64,000 nucleotides of DNA, taken from the NCBI GenBank assembly GCA_020891255.1, contig BQFW01000003.1:682001-746000 (forward strand), given 5' to 3'. The notes under the pieces were generated by a model that saw only the letters and a program-made list of their open reading frames with translations, made no database searches and was not told the origin of the DNA. The position numbers and the translations under genes were made by a program. Each line of letters starts with the position of its first letter. The stretch's first letter is position 1. Of the stretch, positions 62,301 through 64,000 are shown piece after piece. Source of the DNA: Entomortierella parvispora E1425 (taxonomy: Eukaryota; Fungi; Mortierellomycota).

Positions 62301-63885
62301 CTGGGGTAAGGACCTGGGCCATAGGCTGTTGTGCTGACACGGACATTCGAACGGGGAATGGAGGAGGGCGCCCTGCTCCAAGGGGTGGACCAGGAACAAG
62401 AACAGGAACAGGGGTCCGTAAAACTCTGCGTCGCAAATTTGGCATGTTGGGAGATGTAACAGATGATGCTGTCTCAGGGGTTGATTCCTGCATACCCGTA
62501 GATCGCGCTTTGGATGAAGATTGTGAAACTCCTCCCACGGAGGCTCTGTCATCCTCCGCCATGTCAACATCCACTACCGAGGAAGTATCGCTTGTTGAGC
62601 GCTCTCCTGATTTGTTCGAGTTGACTTCTTTCTTCATACTTGAAGTTGATCTAGATCCTCGCTCTTGGTTTGTGTCATCCGCCCTCGCGCCATCAACGGA
62701 TCCTGTGCGTGAAAGGGACTTGCGATCGTCTACTTTGGCTGCCACCTTGGCAGCTTGGACGGCGGCTCGCTGCATCCAGTTTCCTTTTGGTGTAATGTAA
62801 ACACTGGGGTCGAATTTTTGAATGGGCATTACAGCCGCCCTTCTCTTGGATCGTTGTTCAATAATGTTGTCCCTGCAGACATCACTCGGACTTGGCGTTC
62901 GGCGTCTCTTGACACTAGCAGCAATCCCTTCTGAGATGACAGACTCGGCTGTCGAGTCGGCACGTGCACGTGATTTGGGTTCAATGGGGATAGCCCATCC
63001 TGCTGCCACAGCCGCTGCAACTGCAGCCTGTGCCTCGGCCTTCACCGCAATTCTGGCTTCACGAACAATCACTGAGGGGCGATCCACGGTATCGGATCGA
63101 TCACATGGAATTTTAGCCTTAACGCAGCGATGACATACAGTATTGTAGTCGCATCGACGATGTGATTTGCGGCAATGGGCACACGACGTAGGGCCCAAGA
63201 AATAGCCGGGAGGTCTTCCAGGTTTTCTTTTTTGGGGCATCGTCGATGCGCCATTGTCAGAAGATGTTGAGCTCATGGCCGTGCTTGGGTTAGGTGCATA
63301 CGTAGTACGGGCCTTGTCTGCGATCAGCGCATGTGTAAGTCGTGGTTTAGCAAGCACGCTGAGGGGAACTCCGAATCCGGGTACGGTTGTCGACTCTGGA
63401 GCCAAACTGCTATCGATTTTGAATATTGGGACATCCCGCAGTCGCAGATCATCTGAATTAGCGAAAGAAAAGACATCCAGTCTCTCTTCCTTGTCTGATG
63501 CTGCCTCCAGATCGGCCTGTGGTGTTTGGGGACCTGAGGACGATGCATTATCAGCGGGCTCTTCCCTCCATTCTTCTGGATTGGAGTTGGTGACCAAATG
63601 CTGGGTCTGCGGATCAGGCATTGGTACAACCCTCTTAAGTCCAGATCTCAAAGTGGACACAAATGTCCTCCTGGGTCTTTCTGTCAAAGTCTTTTCGGCT
63701 GTGACCGTTGCCGCCCCGTTGGCCTGAAGACGCTCTTGCAGATCTTGCTCCTCATGGGCTCGGTTTTGTCGCTGCATGTTGGCCACCGTCAGATCGGCCA
63801 ACCATCGCCCGCCTACTGGTGTATCCGACGATCCTGAACCATTATCCTTTGTGGGCACTGTTTGATCTAAGGTTATAAACTTCAT
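59322..63885 (-). CDS. ASH1: ASH1-type (AWS-SET-postSET) histone H3K36 methyltransferase with an N-terminal Zn(II)2Cys6 cluster and AT-hooks, ~1350 aa, 7 exons
   Basis: ASH1L-like pre-[15 protein letters not shown]...DFVLPYDI...PFTKIRSNIFV; AWS CHC...[12 protein letters not shown]...[13 protein letters not shown]; SET RGFGI...EYRGEVI...ARFVNHSCSPN...EISYDYN; post[16 protein letters not shown]. First exon (63885-61702) joins in phase 0 via GTATGT..TAG (61701-61615). Confidence 0.88.
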
Positions 63886-64000
63886 GTCAGAAATGTTCAA
63901 GATCGGAACAAAACAGTCATCTCAACTCTAGGCAACATTTGGTAGTTTTCTTACCAAAGCTGACAACTCGCTTACTTCGGGTGGCACGCGTCCCTGTGAC

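Overview
Intron-rich, ~50% GC fungal genomic DNA, most likely from Mortierellaceae (Mucoromycota). This is inferred from the intronless NACHT-pentapeptide-WD40 gene, the kelch-TM protein and the FAD monooxygenase family. About 21 protein-coding genes were reconstructed by eye from GT-AG introns: a partial coiled-coil gene, NELF-B, a TOK-type two-pore K+ channel, an NLR-like NACHT-WD40, two tandem single-lobe calmodulin-like genes, QNG1, an Acinus-like gene, PUS7, CENP-K, AP-2 sigma, SEC6, a GPI-anchored GH18 chitinase, an ER FKBP, FRG1, TFIIIA, RAB3GAP1, a kelch-TM protein, NSE3, a FAD monooxygenase and an ASH1-type SET methyltransferase. No tRNA, rRNA, CRISPR array or intact transposon was seen. 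The best candidates for novelty are five. (1) An ASH1-type H3K36 methyltransferase spliced in frame to an exon carrying a perfect Zn(II)2Cys6 DNA-binding cluster and AT-hooks. (2) A tandem pair of N-lobe-only 'half calmodulins'. (3) An NLR whose WD40 region is short and interrupted by a higher-order 21/84-nt acidic repeat. (4) A nested 2-kb non-coding repeat array. (5) A ~42-bp palindromic minisatellite upstream of RAB3GAP1. All homology calls come from motif recognition, not database searches, and exon boundaries are manual.
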